64,000 bases of DNA, from IMG/VR virus record IMGVR_UViG_3300030103_005573, positions 14,151 through 78,150 of that record; one strand, given 5' to 3'. Of this stretch, positions 31,593 to 40,465 are shown piece after piece (the first letter of the stretch is position 1; each line of letters starts with the position of its first letter). The position numbers and the translations under genes were made by a program. Under the pieces are notes generated by a model. That model worked only from the letters and a program-made list of their open reading frames with translations, was not told the origin of the DNA and did not search any database. This DNA is from a virus.

Positions 31593-32848
31593 AGTTTTTC
31601 TACCCTAATATTTTTATAATTTTTTCGTGTTTCAAATGAGCCATATTTGTCATGTATATTGGTCATTAGGTTCACCCATCGCTCATTGAACATATCAAAA
31701 TTATAGTTATCCTGAACATGTTGTTTGCCTAATTTTCCTAACTCTTGTAGCTCTTCGTCTGATTTATTATACATCTCCAATAAAGCGTTTAGAAAATCTT
31801 CTTTAGAAATACGGTCCTCGTAAATATATGGAACCTGCTGTGATCCAATAACTGCTTTAGACGCAGGTTCGATACCTACACCAAACCATCGTTCGCCGTC
31901 TGTCACCTGCTCTTGTAATCCACCCGTCATAGTAACAATAATTGGAGTCTCACAAGATAATGACTCTAGGGTTGCCAACCCAAAACCTTCAGCATCAGAA
32001 ACGTTAACTGTACAGTCGGCAATATTGTATAATAAACTCATTTGCTCTGCTGGGAGTTTGGCTTTTGATATTACAACCTCTCCCTCTTTAAACCCTAATT
32101 CATTGACAAGGTATTCGAGAGGTTGACCGTGAGGGTCATTTGGATCGGTATGCATAAATAAACATACTTTATCTCTATCAACACTTTCCATTTCCAGGAA
32201 TTCACTAAACCAATACACAAGGGAACCAGACTGCTTTCGTCTTGCATTTCTATTATTCCAGAAAAATACAAACCTATCTTTCAAAGGAGGATTATTTTCT
32301 AGTATTTTATCTATTTCGTCTTGTGGTTTCTTAGAAAAGATGTTACTATTAACTGCATGAGGAATATAATGCTCCTCAACCTCAGGTGCTACAGTACGAA
32401 CAATATCGCTCGTAACCTTTGAGATACTAGCGATAACATCATTAGATTCATAATACCTTTGATTATACTTTGGATAAGGATAGTTATCCCAGACATGATA
32501 ATATATCATCGGGATATTTTCTCGGATTGAATCATCAACAGACCACAGCCATTCATAAAAACGAGGATCTGTCATAAAATATAGAATATCTGGCTTTCTT
32601 TCATTGATAAAAGTTTTTACAATCTTAGCATCGCCATAAGAATCTACTGGGAAGATCTCCCAAGTACCAGGAAATCCGTCAACTCTTTTAGGAGTATAGT
32701 CTTGATGCTTAAGCGCCCCACCTAATGAAATAACATTAAACTTCCCACTACGGAGAAGTGCCTCTATAACATACCTTGTTTGGGTACCAACCCCAGACGG
32801 CAACAGTGGATGATCACTAATTGTTAGAACGGTAATTTTTTTATCCAA
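31589..32848 (-). CDS. Glycosyltransferase (GT4-like)
   Basis: SDHPLLPSGVG, NNRNARRK, SDAEGFGLATLESLSC, TGGLQEQV. Confidence 0.85.
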   Translation of the reverse strand: MDKKITVLTISDHPLLPSGVGTQTRYVIEALLRSGKFNVISLGGALKHQDYTPKRVDGFPGTWEIFPVDSYGDAKIVKTFINERKPDILYFMTDPRFYEWLWSVDDSIRENIPMIYYHVWDNYPYPKYNQRYYESNDVIASISKVTSDIVRTVAPEVEEHYIPHAVNSNIFSKKPQDEIDKILENNPPLKDRFVFFWNNRNARRKQSGSLVYWFSEFLEMESVDRDKVCLFMHTDPNDPHGQPLEYLVNELGFKEGEVVISKAKLPAEQMSLLYNIADCTVNVSDAEGFGLATLESLSCETPIIVTMTGGLQEQVTDGERWFGVGIEPASKAVIGSQQVPYIYEDRISKEDFLNALLEMYNKSDEELQELGKLGKQHVQDNYNFDMFNERWVNLMTNIHDKYGSFETRKNYKNIRVEKL

Positions 32849-32857
32849 TTTTGTACC

Positions 32858-33697
32858 TCATTTACAATGTTCGGTCCTGTAAAATTCACAGACACCTGGA
32901 CGGTGTTTGCAACTCGTACAAGAATTTCTGTTTTTAATATATCTCTCTTTTGTTATATTGTAAAGGGCAGTTGTTAAAGATTTTAATGCATCTGTTGTTC
33001 TTTTTTTAGCCGCAGTGATCCTAACAAACTCAACCTTTTTACCAGGCTTCGCAGTCCGCTTTAATAAAACGAAGTGACAGTCAATATCTTTTGGATCTAC
33101 TTCATATTTTTGAGCATAAAAATGTTTATACATAACAAGCTGGTAGGCCATGACTTTATCGCTCTTTTTTTCACGCCGCCAACCCCAAGAACAAGTCTTC
33201 CAGTCAATCAGGTGAACTTTTTCATCCTTTTTAGAATAAACAACAAGATCAATAAACCCTTTAAATTTTTTCTCAGCATCCTTAAATTCTGTAATAGGTT
33301 CGTACAAAAACTCTTCAGCAGCCAATACGTGCCAATCCTCGCCAAGCTTCCCAAATTTTTCTACTAGAGAGCGGTAAAGGTCGGGAATAATCTCAATACC
33401 GTGAGACATCCACAAAGGCAGGTCAAACTCATTAGCCGCCCTCTGTTGTTCACCAGCCGGCAGGGCTTTCAGTTCTTTTACAAACTGTTCCTTGAGTAGG
33501 GTAGTGATCTTTTCCTGAGACCTGTATTGCTCAGTCTTTGTGAGAGTTTCCTCACACAGGGTATGTAAAGCTTTTCCAAAGGCAGTGTAGATATTACCCT
33601 CAAACTTATTGATCTTGTCAATGTAGGTAAGTTTATGATAATGCGGGCAAATGAGCCAATTCTTCCACTCTGAATAAGAGATGTGTTTTCCAGCCAA
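32858..33697 (-). CDS. PD-(D/E)xK nuclease (RecB/Cas4-like exonuclease)
   Basis: ISYS...CPH, FGKALH, GFIDLV, IDWKT, QLVMY and C-terminal Cys cluster (CTSC...C). Confidence 0.85.
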   Translation of the reverse strand: MAGKHISYSEWKNWLICPHYHKLTYIDKINKFEGNIYTAFGKALHTLCEETLTKTEQYRSQEKITTLLKEQFVKELKALPAGEQQRAANEFDLPLWMSHGIEIIPDLYRSLVEKFGKLGEDWHVLAAEEFLYEPITEFKDAEKKFKGFIDLVVYSKKDEKVHLIDWKTCSWGWRREKKSDKVMAYQLVMYKHFYAQKYEVDPKDIDCHFVLLKRTAKPGKKVEFVRITAAKKRTTDALKSLTTALYNITKERYIKNRNSCTSCKHRPGVCEFYRTEHCK

Positions 33698-33712
33698 AGT
33701 TTTGTCACTTTC

Positions 33713-34369
33713 TTAGTTGCTTATTTCTTCTATTTTATTATAAACTTCCGGGCTTATTCTTTTTACTTTTTCTTTATTCCCTAGAAAGTACTGCTCAAAT
33801 CCTGTTGCAAAATATTCACGGAGAGACATGGATGCATAAGGGCGGACAAATATACCAGAAGTAACCAACTTTAGCATATTCTTTCCAACTCGTTTATATA
33901 GAAATTTGTCAAAATCCTGATCATATTTTAGATTTGAGAAATCATATTCCTTTGTCCAATAACCCTCTGATCTTAGTTCGAATTCTAATTGTGCTCTTTT
34001 TTTTAAGAATTCTTTCTTAATTTTTTGATCGCCATAAATTTCTTCTGGGTAGAGCATCTCAGCATGATGAGCGAATTCATGAATAATATCGTCAATTAAA
34101 TCTTCGGCATTATCTTGCTCGTGTGTAATATAAAAAACACCATCTTTATAAATAGCATTAGCGTCACGGTCGTCAAATACCTTCTGGTGTCCTATCTCGA
34201 CTCCCTTTAGGTCCTGGAAGAATTTAGGAGGAATTACATCCTCAATGGATCGAAAAACTGCTTGTCCATCTACATTGTTTGTTAATTCGTCTTTCTGTAC
34301 AACAGGAACGTTACCAAACCTAAAGTGTCGTGTAGTATCTTTAGTTTTCTCAAAAATGTAATCTTTCAC
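33713..34369 (-). CDS. Zincin-like metallopeptidase
   Basis: IHEFAHH (HExxH) plus downstream YASMSLREYFATGFE. Confidence 0.65.
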   Translation of the reverse strand: MKDYIFEKTKDTTRHFRFGNVPVVQKDELTNNVDGQAVFRSIEDVIPPKFFQDLKGVEIGHQKVFDDRDANAIYKDGVFYITHEQDNAEDLIDDIIHEFAHHAEMLYPEEIYGDQKIKKEFLKKRAQLEFELRSEGYWTKEYDFSNLKYDQDFDKFLYKRVGKNMLKLVTSGIFVRPYASMSLREYFATGFEQYFLGNKEKVKRISPEVYNKIEEISN

Positions 34370-35670
34370 AATATCTCCGAAGCTAATGTTGCTAGTTGTG
34401 ATCTTTCGCCTTTAGTAAGTGTAATATGTCCAGCTATGTCATGCTCTTTAAATTTCTCAACAGCGTGAGTCAGTCCGTTAGAAACTGAATCCACGTATGA
34501 GTTGTCAATCTGTTGAACATCTCCTGTTAGTACAAGCTTAGTTCCATGACCTACCCTAGTTATTATAGTCTTTAATTCGTGTGCTGTCAAGTTTTGTGCT
34601 TCATCAACAATCAAAAAAGCGTTTGCAATAGAACGACCACGGATATAAGTCATCGCCTCAATTTCAATAGTTCCCTGTTCCACATGCATATCTAAAGCTG
34701 TTCTATCACCAAATAGGTGCTCCAGATTATCACGAATAGGGGCAATCCACGGCAACATTTTCTCTTCCAGGGTTCCAGGTAAGAATCCAATATCTCTACC
34801 CATAGGCTGAACAGGTCTTGTTATGATTAATTTATCGTACCCTCCACTGGCTCCTGTAGTATTTATTACCTGCTCAAGAGCGCAAGCTGTAGCTAATAAT
34901 GTTTTACCAGTACCCGCTGGACCTGTCAAGGAAATGACATGTATATCTCTATCGAACAATAGATCCATAGCATATTGCTGTTCTTTATTCTTTGCGGAAA
35001 GTCCCCAAATATTCTTAAATTTATTTACTTTTCGAAGAGGCTTATTATAGCCCTCAAATTTGCAAATAGCTGACTTGTTAGTAGCTTCATTTTTAAGAGT
35101 TAGGTACTGGTTTGGGTATAGTTTAACTTTTTGCTCCTCCAACATGAATGGTTCGCCTGTATAGAATCTGTCGATATTACTGAACTCTACCTCCAGTTCT
35201 TGTGTGCCTGTAAAAAGGTTTTCTACCGAGTTGATTACTTTTTGTGGCTGATAATCAGAACATTCTATCCCGTGGGCATCACATTTAACTCTCATATTAA
35301 GATCACGAGATACAACAATTATTTCATATCCCCTTTCCTTAAGGCGGAGAGCTATGGCAATAATTTTATTATCTGAGTCATTTTGATCCATTCCAGGTGG
35401 CATATATTTAGCATCAAAATGAGCAGCAAATACTTTACCTTTACCTCTACCTAGAGCAACACCATCCATGAGGCTGCCTTTTTTTCTTAACGAATCAAGC
35501 ACCCTATTCATTGTGCGAGCATTTAAACCTGCTGTATCTTGTCGATGTTTGTGCTTGTCTATCTCATCAAGAACAATTGTTGGGATTGCTATATTGTTTT
35601 TACCAAATGCCAATATAGAACTGGCTTCCGTAAGATACACGTTGGTATCTAAAATTATAGTTTTCTTCAT
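34366..35670 (-). CDS. phoH: PIN-domain PhoH-family protein (PhoH2/YlaK-like)
   Basis: N-terminal PIN (ILDTNV, DNKII, SRDLNMRVK); GPAGTGKT, GFLPG, RGRS, DEAQN, GDVQQID. Confidence 0.92.
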   Translation of the reverse strand: MKKTIILDTNVYLTEASSILAFGKNNIAIPTIVLDEIDKHKHRQDTAGLNARTMNRVLDSLRKKGSLMDGVALGRGKGKVFAAHFDAKYMPPGMDQNDSDNKIIAIALRLKERGYEIIVVSRDLNMRVKCDAHGIECSDYQPQKVINSVENLFTGTQELEVEFSNIDRFYTGEPFMLEEQKVKLYPNQYLTLKNEATNKSAICKFEGYNKPLRKVNKFKNIWGLSAKNKEQQYAMDLLFDRDIHVISLTGPAGTGKTLLATACALEQVINTTGASGGYDKLIITRPVQPMGRDIGFLPGTLEEKMLPWIAPIRDNLEHLFGDRTALDMHVEQGTIEIEAMTYIRGRSIANAFLIVDEAQNLTAHELKTIITRVGHGTKLVLTGDVQQIDNSYVDSVSNGLTHAVEKFKEHDIAGHITLTKGERSQLATLASEIL

Positions 35671-35728
35671 TTTTTCCCCGTAAAAAGTGGGTTTATATAA
35701 TTAGTTCACAGATTAAACTTAAAGGTAA

Positions 35729-35751
35729 TAAAAAAGCCGCCCGAAGGCGGC
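35729..35751 (-). terminator. Rho-independent terminator after tmRNA
   Basis: GCCGCC-TTCG-GGCGGC hairpin followed by a T-run, directly after the tmRNA CCA. Confidence 0.85.
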
Positions 35752-36075
35752 TGGTGGAGGTAGGGAGAATCGAACTCCCGTCTTGTCTATTTCCATAAAA
35801 AGGTCGTTCACAAGGTTAGGTCTGTTTTTATCGTCGGACAGCCCACATGACTATATTGTTTTATTATGGCTAAAATAATCAAAAGCACTTAGGATCGCAA
35901 ATACGACTTTCTGTTTTTTGGCTGTCGTCGCCTCAAGTCTAAACAGGTTATTAAGCTGCTAGTGCTAGTTCTGCGTTATTGTTTGCAGTTAAAATTTTAA
36001 GCGTTTTTACTGAGCCACGCTTCCCTCACCCTTGCACCTACTTTACTTCCCTATCAATCGATACCGTTTACCCCC
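35752..36075 (-). ncRNA. ssrA: tmRNA (transfer-messenger RNA), tag ANNNAELALAA
   Basis: 5' GGGGGTA pairs with 3' TACCTCC-ACCA including G3:U70; T-arm GGGAGTTCGATTCTCCC; tag frame at 35986-35951 GCA AAC AAT AAC GCA GAA CTA GCA CTA GCA GCT TAA TAA. Confidence 0.95.
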
Positions 36076-36086
36076 ATTCATTTAAT

Positions 36087-36115
36087 GTTATATAACATAA
36101 CGAAGAACTTGTCAA
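36087..36115 (-). promoter_or_regulatory. Sigma70-type promoter for tmRNA
   Basis: TTGACA-N17-TATAAC ending 11 nt before the mature 5' end. Confidence 0.75.
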
Positions 36116-36261
36116 TTTATTTATACTTCTATATATGCTAGCAAGCTATCAAGCTGAGATAAAGCTAGAATAAGTAAGAAAAGTAGAAAAGAGTTTTTTT
36201 GCTGTTTAACAGCTTGCAGCTATTATAACTAAGTCTGATAAAGTGTTAAGAATAAAAATGA

Positions 36262-37041
36262 TTAAAAATCTAAACCTAGATCCATTTCACCTTCACTAGA
36301 ATCTCCAAGGTCTTCTTTTTCCTCTTCATATTCTGGCGTAGAAACATCTGGAAGTGTGTTAGCTAATTCATCTTCGAATTTATCAAAATAGAGAAGCAAG
36401 TTTGTGACAAGATAATCATAGAAAATGTTCTGGTCTGTATCATCTGCTAACATGTCGTAGGCATCAACAATTTGTTTTTCTACTTTTTTAAAGGTAACAG
36501 CAGCAAAATTACGACCTGTTTCATTCTGATCATCTAATTGTACAAAATCATCAGCATCTGAATCGCCATCGCCATCAATGTCAATGAATTCACCTTCTAC
36601 AGATTGTTCTTCTTTCCCGTCATCTTGTGGGTCTAGGTCAATTGATATTTTCTCTAGGAGAGTATTTCTATCGATTTCATATTCTATATTTTCTTCTACT
36701 TGTTCTTCGCCTTGAGTTGCTGCCTCAATTGGACGAAGGGCATTCTCAACGGCATGAACAATATGGTTCTTAAAAGAATCTCTCTGCTCTTTATCGCTGG
36801 TTAGCATCTTGTAATCGTTTTCAATAGTTGGAATAATCTTTTCCAGCAAATCAGCTAGAACATTGATACCAGTGCTACGACTAGCTTCTTCTGTTCCTGT
36901 CTCAGCTTCAATTAATTGACGAATAACTTTTCTTATTTTTTCCTCAGCAAGTCTCTGCTGATCTAGCTTTGTAGTTATTCTTTTACGGATGTGCTCTCTG
37001 ATAAGTTCTTCAGCAATCATTTGATTTCGGTCAATAGTCAT
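36262..37041 (-). CDS. Acidic hypothetical protein (possible head/scaffold-associated)
   Basis: Probable start MTIDRNQ at 37041 (avoids overlap); LIREHIRK...IRQLIE leader-like helices; very acidic. Confidence 0.6.
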   Translation of the reverse strand: MTIDRNQMIAEELIREHIRKRITTKLDQQRLAEEKIRKVIRQLIEAETGTEEASRSTGINVLADLLEKIIPTIENDYKMLTSDKEQRDSFKNHIVHAVENALRPIEAATQGEEQVEENIEYEIDRNTLLEKISIDLDPQDDGKEEQSVEGEFIDIDGDGDSDADDFVQLDDQNETGRNFAAVTFKKVEKQIVDAYDMLADDTDQNIFYDYLVTNLLLYFDKFEDELANTLPDVSTPEYEEEKEDLGDSSEGEMDLGLDF

Positions 37042-37051
37042 AGTGTTATAA

Positions 37052-39019
37052 TTATCTCCGTCTTTGACGTTTAGCTCTTCTAACTTTAGGTTTCTCTCTT
37101 TTAGGTCGTTTCCTGATATTAACAGTTCCACCTATAGGTGCAGCAGGTCCAGCTACCGCTCCACCAGCCATGGCTGCCATCTCATCAATAGTGTCATCTA
37201 TGATTGAGTTTAATCTCTCAGTTTGAGTAGTCAAAGAATTCCAAAGAGCATTGCCATCAATTGAAGGGGGAGCATAAGATAAGAAAGTTTCTTTATCTCC
37301 ATCAGCAAGAGCTTTTCTCATATCACGAGCACTATAAACAACACCATCCTTAGACTGGACAGGATCTTCAACGATATCCTCTACATTTACACCGGGGTTG
37401 TGACGCTCAGCATACGATTGCGCACGATCAAAGCGAGTATCCCCTACATCCTTACTGCTCTTAACTAAAAGAATTGTATCTCCATCTCTGGAGGAGACGG
37501 GATCAGCAACAAATTCATAGACTGCCTGGACTGGGCTACGATAGTCAGCGATCTTAGCTGTGATGTTTGGTTCACCGTTCTCAAGATATTCTTCCCAGAT
37601 CCGCAAACTTTGCGCATTGCTTACTTCTGGATAATCAACGGGAGAAATTAAAACAATTACCTCATCAACATCAGATCGTTTAGCAATCTTATTCACATAA
37701 TCAAAGTGACCACGATGTGGCGGCTTAAACTTACCTGGGAACAGTGCTATTCTCTTACCGTCCTTCTCTGTAATAACTTGAGCATTACGATTGAGAGATT
37801 CTTTTGTACTTCTTTTCAGGTTCCCGTAGCGGAACATCCCAAGTATCTGATTTAGCGGAGCAAAGTTGCCAGCAAACTTGTATGTGTGTCCATTATAATC
37901 AAAGACCACCGCCTCAACTGGAGTAGTGATCGTAGAGAAATCCTTGATTTTATTGAGGTGTCGCTGCATGATCGCCATTGATTCAGGGTTCTCAGCACCA
38001 ACGGCTGTGATTTCTCTAACAGCAGTTGCTAATTCATTTTTAAGTCGCATGACTTCTTTTTGATTATCAGCTATAAAAACACTTTCCAAGCCTTTGAGAA
38101 GATCTACTGTAAAATCATGGATAGCAAGCTCTAGCGGCTCAATAGATTGCTGTAGAAGTGATTTACTTGTTGCTATTACAGTATTTAAATCTTGTAGATC
38201 TTGTGGATTAAGTCCTTTTTTTAAAGCTCTTAAACCAATATTTCCCTGAAGCTTAAGAATATAATATATGATTTCTTCTCGTAGGTTTGGTGGTAGATCA
38301 CTATCTATACCATTCATTAGTCTTTTAAACATATAATCTACAACTGTAGAATCATTATTTAGACCCTCTTTTCTCATTTCATTATTGATCTTAGAGATTG
38401 CTTTATTTAGCGCTGCGCCATCATCCTCAATCTTTTTGATATCAACCATAGCACGACGAGCAAGTCTAAAATCGTCTTTATGGAGCTTCTTCTCCATTCT
38501 TTCCATAGCATTATCTAGAGTTTCTAGTGTGCCTTCTGGTATTGGTGATTTTTCTCCGCTTTCACGGTCAAAAATAAAGTGACCAACATCATGGATTTTC
38601 AGGGTCTTGTCATCATATAAAATAACGTTGGCATTACCTGGGTCCATAACCTCGGCATTATACCAGATATTTGTATTAGCTCCAAATATTCTATCTTTTT
38701 CTTGATCTGATAATGCCTCAACAGCTTTTTCAAAAGTATTAAATCCACCAGTAAAAGCTTTTTCTAAATTACCTCTACCAGCAAACTTCTGAGCAAGCTC
38801 AGTGGCATCTAATCCGCCTGATTTGAGGTTGCCTTTATTTCTAGCCCCTTTAGCTTTTCCCTCTGGGATAGAGTAAGAAAGAAACAAGTTTTGACCATCT
38901 ACTTTTTCCTCAGCAGTCAGTTCGCCATTAGCAGCAGCCTCAAGGATCTCCTTCATTTCACCAAATGTTAAATCCCTATTTTCATAGAGGTGATCCATGT
39001 GACCAGCTACGCCACCCAT
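37052..39019 (-). CDS. Fusion of an RNA-ligase-like (KxDG) domain and a HIGH-superfamily cytidylyl/adenylyltransferase domain
   Basis: EEKVDGQNL (covalent nucleotidyltransferase motif I-like); FPGKFKPPHRGH and SARDMRKAL (HxGH NTase); basic C-terminal tail. Confidence 0.7.
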   Translation of the reverse strand: MGGVAGHMDHLYENRDLTFGEMKEILEAAANGELTAEEKVDGQNLFLSYSIPEGKAKGARNKGNLKSGGLDATELAQKFAGRGNLEKAFTGGFNTFEKAVEALSDQEKDRIFGANTNIWYNAEVMDPGNANVILYDDKTLKIHDVGHFIFDRESGEKSPIPEGTLETLDNAMERMEKKLHKDDFRLARRAMVDIKKIEDDGAALNKAISKINNEMRKEGLNNDSTVVDYMFKRLMNGIDSDLPPNLREEIIYYILKLQGNIGLRALKKGLNPQDLQDLNTVIATSKSLLQQSIEPLELAIHDFTVDLLKGLESVFIADNQKEVMRLKNELATAVREITAVGAENPESMAIMQRHLNKIKDFSTITTPVEAVVFDYNGHTYKFAGNFAPLNQILGMFRYGNLKRSTKESLNRNAQVITEKDGKRIALFPGKFKPPHRGHFDYVNKIAKRSDVDEVIVLISPVDYPEVSNAQSLRIWEEYLENGEPNITAKIADYRSPVQAVYEFVADPVSSRDGDTILLVKSSKDVGDTRFDRAQSYAERHNPGVNVEDIVEDPVQSKDGVVYSARDMRKALADGDKETFLSYAPPSIDGNALWNSLTTQTERLNSIIDDTIDEMAAMAGGAVAGPAAPIGGTVNIRKRPKREKPKVRRAKRQRRR

Positions 39020-39259
39020 TTACTTATCCTCTGTGAGTATCTTTAGTTCTTCCTCTAGTGAATCAATTCTTTCATTTAAGGACCGCAAGTGTCTCTTTAT
39101 ACCACGAATATGTTCTTTTGCCAAGGAGATTCTACTATTATCCCTTTTATTTGTAACTCTTATACTTGTTACAATATCATAGAGAGCTTGAACAGAAGCT
39201 CCAGCATCAACCTTAAAATCTTCGTTGAGAAGAAATTTTTTAGTTAGTCTATTGAACAC
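39020..39259 (-). CDS. Small coiled-coil hypothetical protein
   Basis: 79 aa; KKFLLNE leader-like motif. Confidence 0.6.
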   Translation of the reverse strand: MFNRLTKKFLLNEDFKVDAGASVQALYDIVTSIRVTNKRDNSRISLAKEHIRGIKRHLRSLNERIDSLEEELKILTEDK

Positions 39260-39484
39260 TTATTTTTTTGCTTTCTTTGGGGCTTTTTTAGCAGACTTTT
39301 TTGGAGTTTTTTCTTCGACATGTGTTTCACAGTCTTCTGTCTCACATGGGTCTTGCTCACAAGCTTCCTCAATTACTGGTTCTGCAACTGGTGCGCTGAC
39401 AATAGGAGCAGGCGCAATTACAGTATTTGCTGCTCTTGCACGACGAGCGGCTCTTCTTTTTCTTCTTAGACGTGGACTAGCCAT
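39260..39484 (-). CDS. Small protein with basic termini (protamine/H1-like tails)
   Basis: RLRRKRRAARRAR N-terminus, KKSAKKAPKKAKK C-terminus, acidic Cys-containing middle; GGAGG RBS. Confidence 0.7.
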   Translation of the reverse strand: MASPRLRRKRRAARRARAANTVIAPAPIVSAPVAEPVIEEACEQDPCETEDCETHVEEKTPKKSAKKAPKKAKK

Positions 39485-39544
39485 TATTATTATCCTCCAA
39501 ATATGTTAAAAAACATAAACTTTAATAGTATAAATAGTATTTAC

Positions 39545-40450
39545 TTAATTGATTGACCCGGTTTGTTCTATGATTACTTCACCATCTACAATATCGAAGT
39601 AATATATTGCATACTCGCCATTTTCATCTGTACCGTTAAGATATAAATAATTGTTCGAACCAGACACATAAATATCTGCATGTGTTAATAAGGTATCGCC
39701 GTCAAATTTAAACCATGGGTCATCCACCTCTTCCCCAAAGTCAGAATGAGGCACTTCCTTAATAACAGTTTTCCCACCAGTGATAGAAAATTCATATTTT
39801 GCCGGTAGTCCTTGTTCATTAGTGCCATGTAGATATAGGTTATTACCTGATCCTGAAATATAAACAGCAGCATCCGTCATTAGGGTGTCGCCGTTAAAAT
39901 ATAGTTCAGCATCATTTGGAATATTTACGTTTAGATTACCTCCTGGTCCTATACTGGCACTCAAGAGAGCAAAACTAGAACTTAAGCTAGCCAAGCTAGA
40001 ACTTAAAGAAGATATCTCAAGGTTAGAGGCGTATATGTCCGAACTTAACGCTGAAACGCTGGAAGATATGCTAGAACTAAGAATATTAACATCCGTAATT
40101 ACAGTAGTCAATTCGTCATTGATAGTAATAATATCTTGATCATTGGAGGCCACATTTTCTGCAACATTAGATACTCCAATATCTAAAGAAATAACAGCGT
40201 CTGCATTTGATATCACCTCAGAATTTAGATTATGAATCTTTATAGTATTAATATCCACGGAGGAACTTACATCAGTAATTCTAGAATGAAGTACTGAAGT
40301 TTCATCTTCTATTACATCTAATCTATATTCCCATACAGAAGTAACTTCTGGGAGAGAACCTGTTATATCGTTGTCATCTATAAATTTAACAACAGCAGAT
40401 TTCATCGCATGATGAGCAGAAATATGACCTAAATTACGTCTTTTAGCCAT
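39545..40450 (-). CDS. Fibre-like protein: coiled coil plus a duplicated C-terminal beta module
   Basis: Heptad Ser/Ile-rich stalk; two copies of FxGDTLxTxAxxYxSGSxNxLYLxGTxExG. Confidence 0.6.
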   Translation of the reverse strand: MAKRRNLGHISAHHAMKSAVVKFIDDNDITGSLPEVTSVWEYRLDVIEDETSVLHSRITDVSSSVDINTIKIHNLNSEVISNADAVISLDIGVSNVAENVASNDQDIITINDELTTVITDVNILSSSISSSVSALSSDIYASNLEISSLSSSLASLSSSFALLSASIGPGGNLNVNIPNDAELYFNGDTLMTDAAVYISGSGNNLYLHGTNEQGLPAKYEFSITGGKTVIKEVPHSDFGEEVDDPWFKFDGDTLLTHADIYVSGSNNYLYLNGTDENGEYAIYYFDIVDGEVIIEQTGSIN

Positions 40451-40465
40451 TATAAAGTACCATTA

